Assembly (NCBI RefSeq): GCF_006345805.1 | Contig: NC_043011.1 | Location: 47,690,464-47,754,463, forward strand | Direction of reading: 5' to 3' | From: Octopus sinensis | Lineage: Eukaryota | DNA length: 64,000 nt | In this document: piece after piece, positions 50,540-63,109 of the stretch | Layout of the letters: each line of letters starts with the position of its first letter | Position numbering within the stretch: position 1 is the first letter of the stretch | Made by a program: the position numbers and the translations under genes | The notes under the pieces: model-generated | Databases searched by the model: none | What the model was told of the DNA's origin: nothing | What the model saw: only the letters and a program-made list of their open reading frames with translations

Positions 50540-50895
50540 TACAATCAATGGTGTTCATGCCAGTGGCACGTAAAAAGCACCATTCGAGCACGATCGTTAC
50601 CAGCATCGTCTTACTGGCACTTGTGCCAGTGTGCAGCTGACATGTAAAAAAACCCCAAAAAACTCAAATTTTTTGTGGCCGTTGCCAGTACCGCCTGACT
50701 GGCCCTCGTGCCGATGGCACGTAAAATCACCCACTACACTCTCGGAGTGGTTGGCATTAGGAAGGGCATCCAGCTGTAGAAACATTGCCAAATCAAGATT
50801 CGAGCCTGGTGCAGCCAACTGGTTTGCCAGTCCTCAGTCAAATTGTCCAACCCATGCTAGCATGGAAAGCGAACGTTAAACGACGATGATGATGA
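50540..50895 (+). mobile_element. RTE LINE 3' UTR with (GAT)n tail
   Basis: GGCACGTAAAAAGCACC units, GGAAGGGCATCCAGCTGTAGAAAC, CCAACCCATGCTAGCATGGAAAGC. Confidence 0.85.
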
Positions 50896-51518
50896 ATTTG
50901 CAGTAACTTAAACAACACTGGTTAGAGATAAATGTTTTGACCATAAACATAATACATCATAGGTAAGTGTAATAAAGCACTGACTTCTACACTACTAGGT
51001 GTTTGTTTGGTTGCAATTATCATCTAACATAAAGACAATCAGTTGTAAATTGAATGCTAATAATACTCAAATGGAATCAACAATGCTTTTTTTTTCTTTA
51101 TTTTATAATTATTTTTATGATTTTTAGTTTCTTCTTTTTGCTCCAATTTATTTTGGTTTCCAATTTCGCAAAATATAATTCAATGAGTATGAAATAAAAA
51201 AATACGAAAAAGAAATAAAATTATAATATCTGGGGAGATATTAATTTTAGATAAGGTGTATTTTCATTTCTCTCCAGCTTAAAAGTTATTTCTAAACTTA
51301 CATTATGATATTATGACTAGCTGCAAAAGATCTTTCTAATACATGATACGGTCAGGTCATACCACTAACCATTCTCCTCCTATCCCATGCTTTTAAAGCA
51401 CCTTGTTGCCACAAAAGTCTTCAGAAGAATCAATAACAATTTACTTTGTCTAATCAAAAGTGTCATATTATACAGAAGTGTCTAATGATGAAGTCTCATA
51501 AATATATTTACCAACAGG

Positions 51519-51857
51519 CATAGGAGTGGCTGTGTGGTAAGCAGCTTGCTTACCAACCACATGGATTTGGTAGATGGAAACTGAAAGAAGCCCATCGTAT
51601 GTATATATATATATATATATGTATATGTATGTATGTATGTGTGTGTATATGTTTTGTGTGTCTGTGTTTGTCCCCACAACATCGCTTGACAACCGATGCT
51701 GGTGTGTTTACGACTCCGTAACTTAGCGGTTTGGCAAAAGAGACCAATAGAATAAGTACTAGTCTTACAAACAATAAGTCCAGGAGTTGATTTGCTCAAC
51801 CATAGACGGTGCTCCAGCATGGCCACAGTCAAATGACTGAAACAAGTAAAAGAGTAA
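51519..51857 (+). mobile_element. SINE family 1 with internal deletion
   Basis: CCACATGG joined directly to ATTTGGTAGA. Confidence 0.85.
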
Positions 51858-52679
51858 CAGGGAAATTAATTGCTCTATACATGCATCTGTCTCTCTCTCT
51901 CCCTGTATAAACACACACACACACACACACACACACATGTTTATGTTTTGCAAGATTCCTGATTTGAAATCATGTGCTGAAACAAATATTGTTGTATTTG
52001 GGGATGGTAATGTTATTGTGTTTTTTTTTTGCCATACATTCTTCATTACAGATTCGCTATTGCTTTTATTTTAGTGACCTTTTTCTGGAAATCTTTCATC
52101 ACACATCCTGTGACCTCTTCAATGACTCTCCATCCCAGGTGTCCCTGATCTTCTTCCTTGCTATTCTTTCCATCATGAGTCTTAGATTTTATGGTACTCT
52201 CTACAACAATATTTTATCACCATGTTACATTTGTTCAGCTAGACCTTTGTTCCATTAGAGGCGGGATTTATGACTCACATAAATCACGATTTCTCCATGC
52301 TATATGTCTTTATCATTTATCTTTTCATTTCTGAAATAAGTATCATCTTCTTTGCACATGCATTTGGCCAAGACATCTTTAATCTTTCCCATCTTCCATC
52401 TCTGGATTGATCTGCATCTCTGGGGTTATCTATCTCTTACTCTGATGTCACTTATCTCTAGTTTCCGTCTACCAAATCCACTCACAAGGCTTTGTTTGGC
52501 TCAAGGCTATAGCAGAAGACACTTGCTCAAGGTGCCATGTGGTGGGACTGAACCCAGAACCATGTGGTTGCTAAACAAGCTATTTACCACACAGCCACTC
52601 CTGTGACAATGTTTAATAAATATACATTTAGCCTCAAGTATACTGTTATGCAAATTAGCAATAGCAAAACTCGTTTCAT

Positions 52680-53270
52680 TACATCATCATCATCATCATC
52701 GTTTAATGTCCGCTTTCCATGCTAGCATGGGTTGGACGGTTCAACTGAGGTCTGGGAAGCCAGAAGGCTGCACCAGGCTCCAGTCTGATCTGGCAGTGTT
52801 TCTACAGCTGGATGCCCTTCCTAACACCAACCACTCCGTGAGTGTAGTGGGTGCTTTTTACGTGCCAGACGAAGCTGGCAAACGACCACAATCGGATGGT
52901 GCTTTTTACGTGCTACTGGCATGGAGGCCAGTCAGGGTGGCACTGGCTACGGCCATGTTCGGATGGTTCTCTTACGTGCCACCGGCACTTGTATCACAGC
53001 TACAAATTCCATTGATGTTGATCAATTACGATTTTGATTTTGGTTTTCACTTGCCTCAACAGGTCTTCACAAGTGGAGTTTTGTGTCCCAAGAAGGAAAG
53101 GGATGCATAAGTGGGCTGGCTACATCCCATGTAGAGGCCACAGGATTATGGCCTCACTTGTCCTGCCAGGTATTCTCACACACAGCATACTTCCAAAGGT
53201 CTCAGTCTCTAGTAATTTCCTCGGTGAGACCTAAAGTTCGAAGGTCAAGCTTTGCAAGCTACATACATAC
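52680..53270 (-). mobile_element. RTE LINE 3' end: ORF terminus, UTR and (ATG)n tail
   Basis: Minus strand LAKLDLRTLGLTEEITRD*DLWKYAVCENTWQDK* followed by the UTR found in many shorter copies. Confidence 0.8.
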
Positions 53271-53644
53271 CCACTCCCTCACTCTCTCCCCATCAGTTTC
53301 TTTCTTTCTTTCCTTCTGTGTGGATTAGATGACTCTCACTCTTTACTCATTTACTCTTTTATTTGTTTCAGCCATTTGACTGTGGCCATGCTGGAGCACC
53401 ACCTTAAGTCGAGCAAATCAACCCCAGTACTTACTCTTTGTAAGCCTAGTACTTATTCTATCAATCTCTTTTGCTGAACCGCTAAGTTTCGGGAACGTAA
53501 ACACACCATCATATATATAACTATCAAAAAGTATTAAAAAGTTTAATATAAGATAAAAAGTAAAACCAATTAATTTTATTTCTATGTTTTGGTTTATGTT
53601 TTTCACTGTTTGATTTGCCTAATAGTGGTTTTATCTCTAATTTA

Positions 53645-53681
<37 letters not shown>

Positions 53682-53683
<2 letters not shown>

Positions 53684-54278
53684 CAGAGAGAGAGAGAGAG
53701 AGAGAGAGAGCCCTTTTGGTCATGAATGACCATGAGATTGCACCAAAAAAGTTCCCCTCCAAGGCACAAGTGTGGACAAAGTTGTTTGTAGAAGAACAGC
53801 AGTTGGGCATGCCAGCCTCTCTCCACTCTTCTCTCCTTGCCACCAATATTATCCAAGGGAAAGGCAAACGGGCTGCAACAGTTTGGCACCAGTGACGTCA
53901 CAACTCATTTCTACAGATGAGTGAATTGAAGCAACATGAAATAAAGTGTCTTGCTCAAGAATACAACATGCAGCTTGGTCTGGGGATCAAACTCACAAAC
54001 TCACAACATCACAATATCATGATGGTAAGTCTGATGCTCTAACCATTAAGCCATGTCCCTTCATATATACATATACACAAACACACACACACACACATAC
54101 ATACATACATGCATACACACACACACATACATACATACATGCATACACACACACACATACATACATACATGCATACACACACACACACACATACATACAT
54201 ACATGCATACACACACACACATATATATATATATACAAACACACATATATATACATATACATGTACACATACATATAG

Positions 54279-54366
<88 letters not shown>

Positions 54367-54970
54367 TTTGGTCATGAATGACCATGAGATTGCACCAAAA
54401 AAGTTCCCCTCCAAGGCACAAGTGTGGACAAAGTTGTTTGTAGAAGAACAGCAGTGGGCATGCCAGCCTCTCTCCACTCTTCTCTCCTTGCCACCAATAT
54501 TATCCAAGGGAAAGGCAAACGGGCTGCAACAGTTTGGCACCAGTGACGTCACAACTCATTTCTACAGATGAGTGAATTGAAGCAACATGAAATAAAGTGT
54601 CTTGCTCAAGAATACAACATGCAGCTTGGTCTGGGGATCAAACTCACAAACTCACAACATCACAATATCATGATGGTAAGTCTGATGCTCTAACCATTAA
54701 GCCATGTCCCTTCATATATACATATACACAAACACACACACACACACATACATACATACATGCATACACACACACACACATATATATACACATATTTATA
54801 TACACACATACATATACACCGACACATACACGTACACACACACGTATACACATACACACACATATATATATATACAAACACACATATATATATACATATA
54901 CATGTACACATACATATAGACACACACACATATATATATATATATATAATATATATATATATATATACAT
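53682..54970 (+). repeat. Tandem duplication, period about 650 bp (SINE family 3 variant plus microsatellite)
   Basis: Units start 53682 and 54332; unique parts differ by about one indel; microsatellite parts differ more. Confidence 0.95.
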
Positions 54971-55016
54971 ATCTAACTACTCTTTCTAGCGAGTCAGATG
55001 TCCTGTATTTTTACAT

Positions 55017-55051
<35 letters not shown>

Positions 55052-55790
55052 AACTATCATAAGAAAGAGAAACCAAACCATGCACACAATTTACCTTTGC
55101 TACAAGTCTAGCACTACCACCTCCACCTCAGCTCTCACCAGATCTACATAAGCAACCAGTGTCTTATACAAAAATTACTTTCCATTCCCACAGAGTTTAA
55201 AAATTAACTGTTTTTTTCTGAGTGACAGCTAACTTCAGGAAGATCGCTAGCTAAAGTGATTAATAACCTATGTGTCACATTGTGATTACATCTGAAATTT
55301 TACTTAGTCTGTGCATCTTGTTTATATGTAGCTAAGTGTGCAAGAGAATGATGGCAATTATAAGCCTGAAATGTCAATCCATAAAGTGCTTTTTCCAATG
55401 ACCACCACCTTATGGGATAGTAAATTTAGTTAATGTAGAAATATGGTTAAAAGCACACTTGGGAAGAGAAAATCATACTTTAAAGTGATAAATGGCTTGT
55501 TCAAAACAGGAGATTAGAAACGGTTCTTTCATTAGGTTTTTCTTTTACAAATGGAGTCTTTGGTGGCAGAGTGGATAAGGTATTGGATTACAGTGTTGTA
55601 GGGTTGTGAGTCAATATTCATTGAAAGAGTTGTCGCCTTGTTGCTGAGACGACATAATTCTATGAGATTTAGAATCACCAAGCCGTAAGAAACCGCAGAT
55701 AGCAGACATTTCTCTAGAATATTTCCTAAGGCACACTGACATATCAGCCAAGGTTGAAAACGAGTCATCGTTGTTTCTGTTGCCTTCAGG

Positions 55791-55825
<35 letters not shown>

Positions 55826-56621
55826 ACAACAGTCATTATTATGTATATCGATCATCAATGCCTGAAGTAAAACCTAGTGCACAGCCTGCTAAATATAGCA
55901 GCCAAATCACACTTAAATCCTCTTTACACTGTCTTGTAAAAAGATAAAATTCAGTGAATAATGTTGTTTTAAATTAACTATATAAGCTTGGTCAAAGTTG
56001 GGAAAAGCTTAGGGTATAGGTCAGCTCATCTAAGATGAGCCTAGGGCTAAATAGTAACTGAACAAGTAATTGAATTCTAGAAAAAAAAAAAAATGAAAGA
56101 AAATGAATGTTAAAATACAACATGCAGTTTTCTTTTTCATAAATTCAATCCAAAAAATTAGATAGTGTTCCTATAACTTTTGAAGGTCCTTCAATCCGGT
56201 GGATTTAATATGGCTGATATACGGCTTGAATTTTTCTAAGTAGTTGTTGTTGTTATTGTAATTTTGCCGAATCCATTCTCCCTGGTTAGGGAAAATGGAT
56301 CAAATAGAATGATTAGTAAGGACCTTATGGGATTACTCAAAAGAAGAGATGATTTGACAGCTTTGGCATATTGTTACAAATAAACAATTTTCCTTGCACT
56401 GTCACTGGTTATAAAAGCGACAATCAACATGTCTTCCTTTCTTTTTTTTTTTATCTTCACTCATTTAAATGTAATACCAACGGTTTGTTACAAGAATTTG
56501 AATAAAAGACAAACTAGTTTTGTGTAGAGGGTCGTATTTCATGTTTAATTTAGTTATTTATAAAGAATATCTATTCATCAAAATGTACCTTACAAAGACA
56601 TAATGATAATCATTTGTGCAG

Positions 56622-56734
56622 CTATATACGTTACAATCTCTGGTGGCTAACATCATATTTAGAAAGCATAGATCAACCATACAACCAGGAACAAGCCTCC
56701 CGCATTGATACCACATTTGCACAACATATACCAG
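56622..56734 (+). CDS. Candidate coding exon (phase 2 to 1, or terminal exon reading to the TGA at about 56765)
   Basis: Acceptor catttgtgcag; YIRYNLWWLTSYLESIDQPYNQEQASRIDTTFAQHIP; donor CAG|GTACAG; unique sequence. Confidence 0.35.
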
Positions 56735-57379
56735 GTACAGCCTCTAACCAATATACACCAATGTGATACCTGCTATAACAATATATTTATCATAGAATAT
56801 CTGAGTATTTACTACAAAATTTGATGATAATAAAATATTTACTGCACAATATAGTATATATTCACTATACAATATAGCACTTAAATCATTTACCGTATTG
56901 TAAAGTTTCTTTAATTTGGTATCCATAGACCCAATTTGTAAGTACTTTTCTCATGCACTTCACTTTTTTACCGAAATGCTGTCACTTGCTGTCAACATTA
57001 CCCCTCATTGTTTACATTCAAGTTAGAAATAACAGTTTAGTTATACACTGTCCCTGCATTAGTGAAAATGTCTTCCAAGGTTACTAAGAGGAACAACCGT
57101 TTTGGGAAAAGTATGGGAAAAAAAATTTTTTTTTTTAAAAACCAGAATGTTATTCTAACATTGCACCAGGAAATTGAAATAATACAGTGTCTGCCAAAAG
57201 GAAAATAAAAAAAAAAGGAATGCTATTATGCATTAAAGAAACATAGGTTCTGCAACAATTTAGAACATTAAAACTCAAAAACAACAAGTTGATGCAGTTT
57301 ATGGCTGATTCGGGGACAGGTGAAAGTATTGATGTACAGCAAGCATCTTTCAAAAAAAGAATTTACAGAGCTGGATATA

Positions 57380-57596
57380 CAAGAAAGTGCTGAAAAGTTC
57401 CTGGCTTTAAGTGTATCGTGAAAGGCCTGCTTGGAGGCCCAACTATCGGAGGTCTTTTACAGGGCTGAGAAAAACTGAAGGACTACTGCAATATGTGTGT
57501 GAATCTGAGAGAGGAATGTGTTGAATAAAATCATAATTAATTGATCCTCCTGTATTTTCTTTTACCTGAAACCAGGAACTGTTCAGCACCCCTTCA
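57380..57596 (+). mobile_element. Internally deleted mariner (MITE-like)
   Basis: TA-flanked TIRs GTGCTGAAAAGTTCCTGG / CCAGGAACTGTTCAGCAC; remnant of transposase C-terminus. Confidence 0.8.
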
Positions 57597-57921
57597 TAGT
57601 GTTATTTAAGATGTTTACTGCAATGTGATCTGAAAATATACTAGATTCAATGCCAATGGTCAAGGAGAATACTAAGCATTTACAGGAAGATATGGATATT
57701 GCAGGAAAGTGAATGTTTTGTAGTTGGTTGGCTCAGGAACTTTAAAATACATGGCATTTGTAGACACAATATGTACAGAAAAAAAGAAGCCGACAGATTT
57801 TGAAGCTGCTGAAAAATATATTTGTTGACCTGGTTAAAACTTGATTTTGTAGATTTTTAAGACACGGTTCCAGTACATAATCTGGCACTATCCAGCTCTT
57901 AATGGTATTAGATTAGCAAAA

Positions 57922-58371
57922 AGGCAGCAAGCTGGCAGAAACGTTAGCACGCCGGGCGAAATGCTTAGCGGTATTTCGTCTGTCGTTACATTCTGAGTTC
58001 AAATTCCGCCGAGGTCGACTTTGCATTTCATCCTTTTGGGGGTCGATAAATTAAGTACCAGTTATGCACTGGGGTCGATCTAATCAACTTAATCCGTTTG
58101 TCTGTCCTTGTTTGTCCCCTCTGTGTTTAGCCCCTTGTGGGTAGTAAAGAAATAAGAAATGATAGCATGCTGGGCGAAATGCGTAGCCGTATTTCGTCTG
58201 CCATTATGTTCTGAGTTCAAATTCCGCCGAGGTCGACTTTGCCTTTCACCCTTTCGGGGTCGATAAATTAAGTACCAGTTATGCACTGGGGTCGATCTAA
58301 TCAACTTAATCCCTTTGTCTGTCCTTGTTTGTCCAATCTATGTTTAGCCCCTTGTGAGTAGTAAAGAAATA
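57922..58371 (+). mobile_element. Tandem SINE family 2 dimer inside one 18-bp TSD
   Basis: GGTATTAGATTAGCAAAA at 57904-57921 and 58372-58389. Confidence 0.92.
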
Positions 58372-58656
58372 GGTATTAGATTAGCAAAATTGTACTTGTA
58401 AAAAATATGCCCGTGATGAAATATGCACATTTACTTCATAATAAAATCTATTTACTACGCAATATAATATTAGGCAGCATGGCCGCAGTTTAATAACTAA
58501 AACATGTAAAAATTAAAAGTAAAAGATATCTATAATATAGTTATTATTATATCTACAGTACAGTTTCATATTAATAGTTTATCAATTACACATTATAAAT
58601 TTCATGTAACTATTACAAAATATAGCAGTAATATTTTTGGTAGGATATTTGCTAGG

Positions 58657-58819
58657 CATAGGAGTGGCTGTGTGGTAAGTAGCTCACGTACCAACCACAT
58701 GGTTCTGGGTTCAGTTCCACTGCGTGGCACCTTGGGCAAGTGTCTTCTACTATAGCCTTGGGCCGACCAAAGCCTTGTGAGTGAATTTGGTAGACGGAAA
58801 CTGAAAGAAGCCCGTCGTA

Positions 58820-58876
<57 letters not shown>

Positions 58877-59090
58877 ATATGTTTGTGTGTCTGTGTTTGT
58901 CCCGCCAACATCGCTTGACAGCCGATGGTGGTGTGTTTACATCCTCGTAACTTAGTGGTTTGTTCGGCAAAAGACACTGATAGAATAAGTACTAGGCTTC
59001 CAAAGAATAAGTCCTGGGGTCGATTTGCTCGACTAAAGACGGTGCTCCAGCATGGCCACAGTCAAATGACTGAAACAAGTAAAAGAGAAA
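58657..59090 (+). mobile_element. SINE family 1, full length
   Basis: Homology. Confidence 0.92.
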
Positions 59091-59919
59091 GAATAAGTGA
59101 GATATATTAGAACAACATACTAAGATGTTACTAAACATTTATAAACTTTCCATTTTTTCACAACTATTCAGTTTTTATATTTCTATTATTATTATTACCT
59201 ATTTTTATATTTTTATTATTATTACTTATTTATTTATTTATCGTTTATATTTTTTCTTAACACACCAATATCAATAAACTGACATCCAGAAAGCCCTTGG
59301 GACATTATGAAAGGAGGCAGCTTACGTCATTTCTAAACAGAAGTAGTAACTGATGATTAGTGAAGAGGAGGCACTCTGGAAGTTGGGTAGATGGATGAAG
59401 GAGGTGATTTATTTAAAAAAACAAAAAAAAATTGATGACAGTGAAGGAAAATGTAGGAAAAGTTCAGGAAGAATTTAAAATCCAGGAATTTTAAAAAAAG
59501 TAAAATTCTATTGGAATTTGTTGGCCGTTATTTTCATTTCGTGGGGAAAAAAAAACTAATAAACGAAGGGGAGTTAATATTTTTATATTCATTGTTGTTG
59601 TTGAATACTATGATGATGATGATGATGATGATGATGTGATGGTTATATTTGGTATGATGATATTGATGGTAGTGGTGGTACTTGCAATAATGTTGATGAT
59701 GGAAATTACAATAGAGGTGACATCATAATTAAGCGGACCTTGTTCCTATAACAGCTATAAAGTGGGCACTGGTGGGCTGGTGGCCGGTACTGGTGGTTAG
59801 ATTGATAAATGTGATAATGGCGACACTGTAGATGGTGGCGATGGTAATGGTGAAGATGATTAAGAAGAAGACGATAACAATAAGAGTTATAATGACAAAG
59901 GCAATGAGGCAATGATAGC

Positions 59920-59953
<34 letters not shown>

Positions 59954-61227
59954 GTGATACTTATGATGATATAAGTTAAGCAGATGACAAGAACGAGGTT
60001 GACAACATTTTCATGCAATGTTTATTTTTGTTCTTTTTTGTTTTGTTTTTTTCTTACATCACTTTGTCAGTTTTTCATATTCTTGCCTCTCCTCTATTCC
60101 CTGCCCACTGCTTTACTCAAAAGTGAAAGTAAAAAAAAAAAAACATGTACACACGCACACTTATAAACACACTTATGCACACAGAGGTTTCTTATGAAAT
60201 ATCACAATGTTAACTTTGACAATATCTGAGGTATCAAGAATCTCTTAAGTGACAAACCATCCAGTCATTTCAATTCCACAGTTGATGATAGTCCATCCAT
60301 CAATATTGATATATGGAGATGTTTCTGCTTCTTCTTCTTCATCTTCATCATCATCTTCTTCTTCCTCTCATACCCTTTTTTTTCTTTATTTGTTTTAAAT
60401 TTATATATATATATTATTTGCTAATCTAAATTTTTTTATCCTCCTCCTCCATCTTCTTCTTCTTCTTCTTCTTCTTCTTCTTCTTCTTCTTCTTCTTCTT
60501 CATCTTCCATCAAGTAGTTTTGTAGTGTTTGCTTAAATATATTTCTTTACTTCCGACTTAGTCAAACACTCATCATCTAAGACCGAAGACGGTAGTTTCG
60601 ATTTCAGTTGTAACAAGAATTGACAAAACTACAACAACTACCACTACTACTACCACCACCACCACTGGTAGTGGTGGTGGCGACAGTAGTAGTAGTAGTA
60701 GTAGTAGTAGTAAACAGCAACAATAGCAGTAGTATTGGTGTTGATAAAGTTGGTGTGAGTTATGAGGAACTGCATTGAGGAAGCGATTCGGTTACAAAAG
60801 TAGCTAATGGTGAAGAATTCAGAGAAAGAAACGTGTTAGATTGAAGACAGAAATTTTGGTTCTTAGTATTCTTTATGTCTTTTTTTCTACCTATAAATCT
60901 CTCTTTGCCTCATTGTGCTCGAACATATGAATACATAGAAATATTACTATGAGTACATTTGCCTACATGCATGCATGTGAAACTGTATCACTGTTTGTGT
61001 ATGCACATGATTCATTGCTTGCAATATATGATAAAAGACTGCATAGAAAAAGGGTTCTCGACCATTTTTTATCTATGGACCCCTTTGATTGCTATTCTAT
61101 TCTGGTAGACCCCTATAGCTATTCAGTATTTCAAAACTAGTTTTATATGATAGAAACCTTTTTCTAAATTCCAAATTTGCTTTTCACGCATTAACATGTA
61201 TAGTTTGAACTATGTAAAATGTCAGAG

Positions 61228-61428
61228 CAGCAGTTCCCAACGTTTTTTTTTCCTTCGTGACCCCTTACCCAAAAGCTTGAAACCCACGCGACCCCCTACT
61301 ATCAGCAGCTTGATTTATATTTTAATCAATTAATATTATTCCAAGCTACTACTAGCAAGGCTAAGCGACCCTGCAGCCTTGGCTTCATGATCTCCCAGAG
61401 GGTCAGGAACCACCGGCTGGGGCCCCTG
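61228..61428. mobile_element. hAT MITE, diverged
   Basis: CAGCAGTTCCCAAC / GGCTGGGGCCCCTG ends; flanks TGTCAGAG and TGTTACAG (6/8). Confidence 0.6.
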
Positions 61429-61447
61429 TGTTACAGAAAGAAACCTA

Positions 61448-61660
61448 ACTATTATATAAAATCCGTTCTGTCTGTCTGTGTGTGTGTGTCTTCTAGGATC
61501 TCAGGCATCCTCCATCTGATTGCGCTCAAATTTGATATGTAGATACCGATGGTATCAGGGCGTGTATAAGTCTTGAAAAAATTACAAAAATCGATTTCAG
61601 GTGAGAATGCGATCGATAAAGCTGTAGGAATGGGCATTTCTAAAATCGTTTTTTTTGGAA
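61448..61660 (+). mobile_element. Non-autonomous Helitron-like element 5' end
   Basis: CTATTATATAAAATCCGTTCTGTCTGTCTG ... GATTGCGCTCAAATTTGATATG layout resembles, from memory, DINE/HINE-type elements. Confidence 0.45.
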
Positions 61661-62024
61661 TGGAAAAAAAGTCTATCTTTATTTCTTCTCTTGCTGGTGT
61701 CTCACATTTAGGTTAAATCAGTGTTTCTCAAAGGGGAGGCCTATGGGACGGTTGGACAAGATGTTTTGAGAAAATTTGGTTTAAATGTTTGACAACTCAG
61801 CACCGTCCAATGGATGGGGGGGGGGGGGCGTTTTGCTCGTATATACATATATACGATGGGCTTCTTTCAGTTTCTGTCTACTAAATCCACTCACAAGGCT
61901 TTGGTTGGCTCGAGGCTATAATAGAAGACACTTACCCAAGGTGCCACTCAGTGGGACTGAACTCAGAACCATGTGGTTGGTAAGCAAGCTACTTACCACA
62001 CAACCACTCCTGCGCCTGTATTAA

Positions 62025-62247
62025 CCCTATCAATACCAACCCAGCTGGAACCGCCTCTGGTTCTGTAGTACAAATGTCTTGCTTTCATAAATTCTGAATT
62101 AAAATCTTCCACAAACACCTTAATCATAATTTATGTTCCTAACACTCGCCTAATGATATCTAAGTTATTTCACTAAATTCTTTGTTACATCTCAAATTAA
62201 TCGAAAGAAACACAGAGCATCTCAACAGAAATATGGTAACCAAAGGG
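62025..62247. mobile_element. TTAA/CCC MITE family 2
   Basis: TTAA on both sides; inverse of 45144-45363. Confidence 0.85.
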
Positions 62248-62495
62248 TTAAATTTGATCACAGGATTGACCTGGGATTTGAAAATAGCTATAAGTAAATA
62301 CTTTGCTTTTCTTTATGGAATGAAGTATTTCATATTTCTAATCTGTCTGACTTAAGCTGTTATCTGTTATCTGTTACATAGAAAACAGAAGCCATGTGTT
62401 GTTATAAACTCAAGTAAGATTCCTTTGATTGCTGTTTCTAGTGTTTGGTTTAGAAGGAAATATCTCATAGACTCTTAGTTTGACCTGAGTATTAA

Positions 62496-62715
62496 CCCTT
62501 TAGCGTTCAAATTAATATGTCAATAATAATCTTTATTCATTTACATTTAAAAAAATTAATCTGGTATTATCTTGTAGCTTCAAAATTTGAAAGATGTAAT
62601 GGTTTATTTTTAGAATGACATTGCAGGGTAGGTGTGAGATACTGGTTCTGGCCAGTTTGAGCATAAAACGAGCAGAATATATAGGCCGGATATAGCCGGT
62701 TTAAACACTAAAGGG
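62496..62715. mobile_element. TTAA/CCC MITE family 1
   Basis: TTAA|CCCTTTAGCGTT ... AACACTAAAGGG|TTAA. Confidence 0.88.
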
Positions 62716-63109
62716 TTAAAGTGAAAAACAAATCTCGAATCAATGGGGATCCATTAAACAGTTTTTCTGAAACTGCTAGAAATAACAGCATCAAACTACT
62801 TCAAATCAAAGGCCACTGTTTTAAAACAGGAAGGATACTCAAGTCCTAGATATACAAAAGAAAGTTATGGCTAAGAACAAAATGCTTTTGGTCACAGAAC
62901 TGACCATTCAAAGTTGCTCACCAGTAATCCGGCCACAGCTACCATTATCAGCATCACCAACATAGATGGATGCTTTTAGGAAACTAAACCTTCAGAGTTG
63001 ATGCCAAAGATTGCAATTTACAATAAGATGCTGTGTCAGAGAAAATCCTCCAAACCACGCAAGCTTATAAAATTCGTTTTACAATAACTACAATAAAAAG
63101 AACGTGCAC

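Noticed and set aside
55548-55620. tRNA-like GGTGGCAGAGTGGATAAGG stretch
   Set aside because: No B box or acceptor pairing; at best a decayed SINE head
56930-56938. Possible 9-nt microexon ACCCAATTT before GTAAGT
   Set aside because: Expected by chance; weak pyrimidine tract
59600-59970. Gly/Asp-rich looking segment
   Set aside because: Degenerate (GAT)/(GGT) low-complexity DNA with stops in all frames
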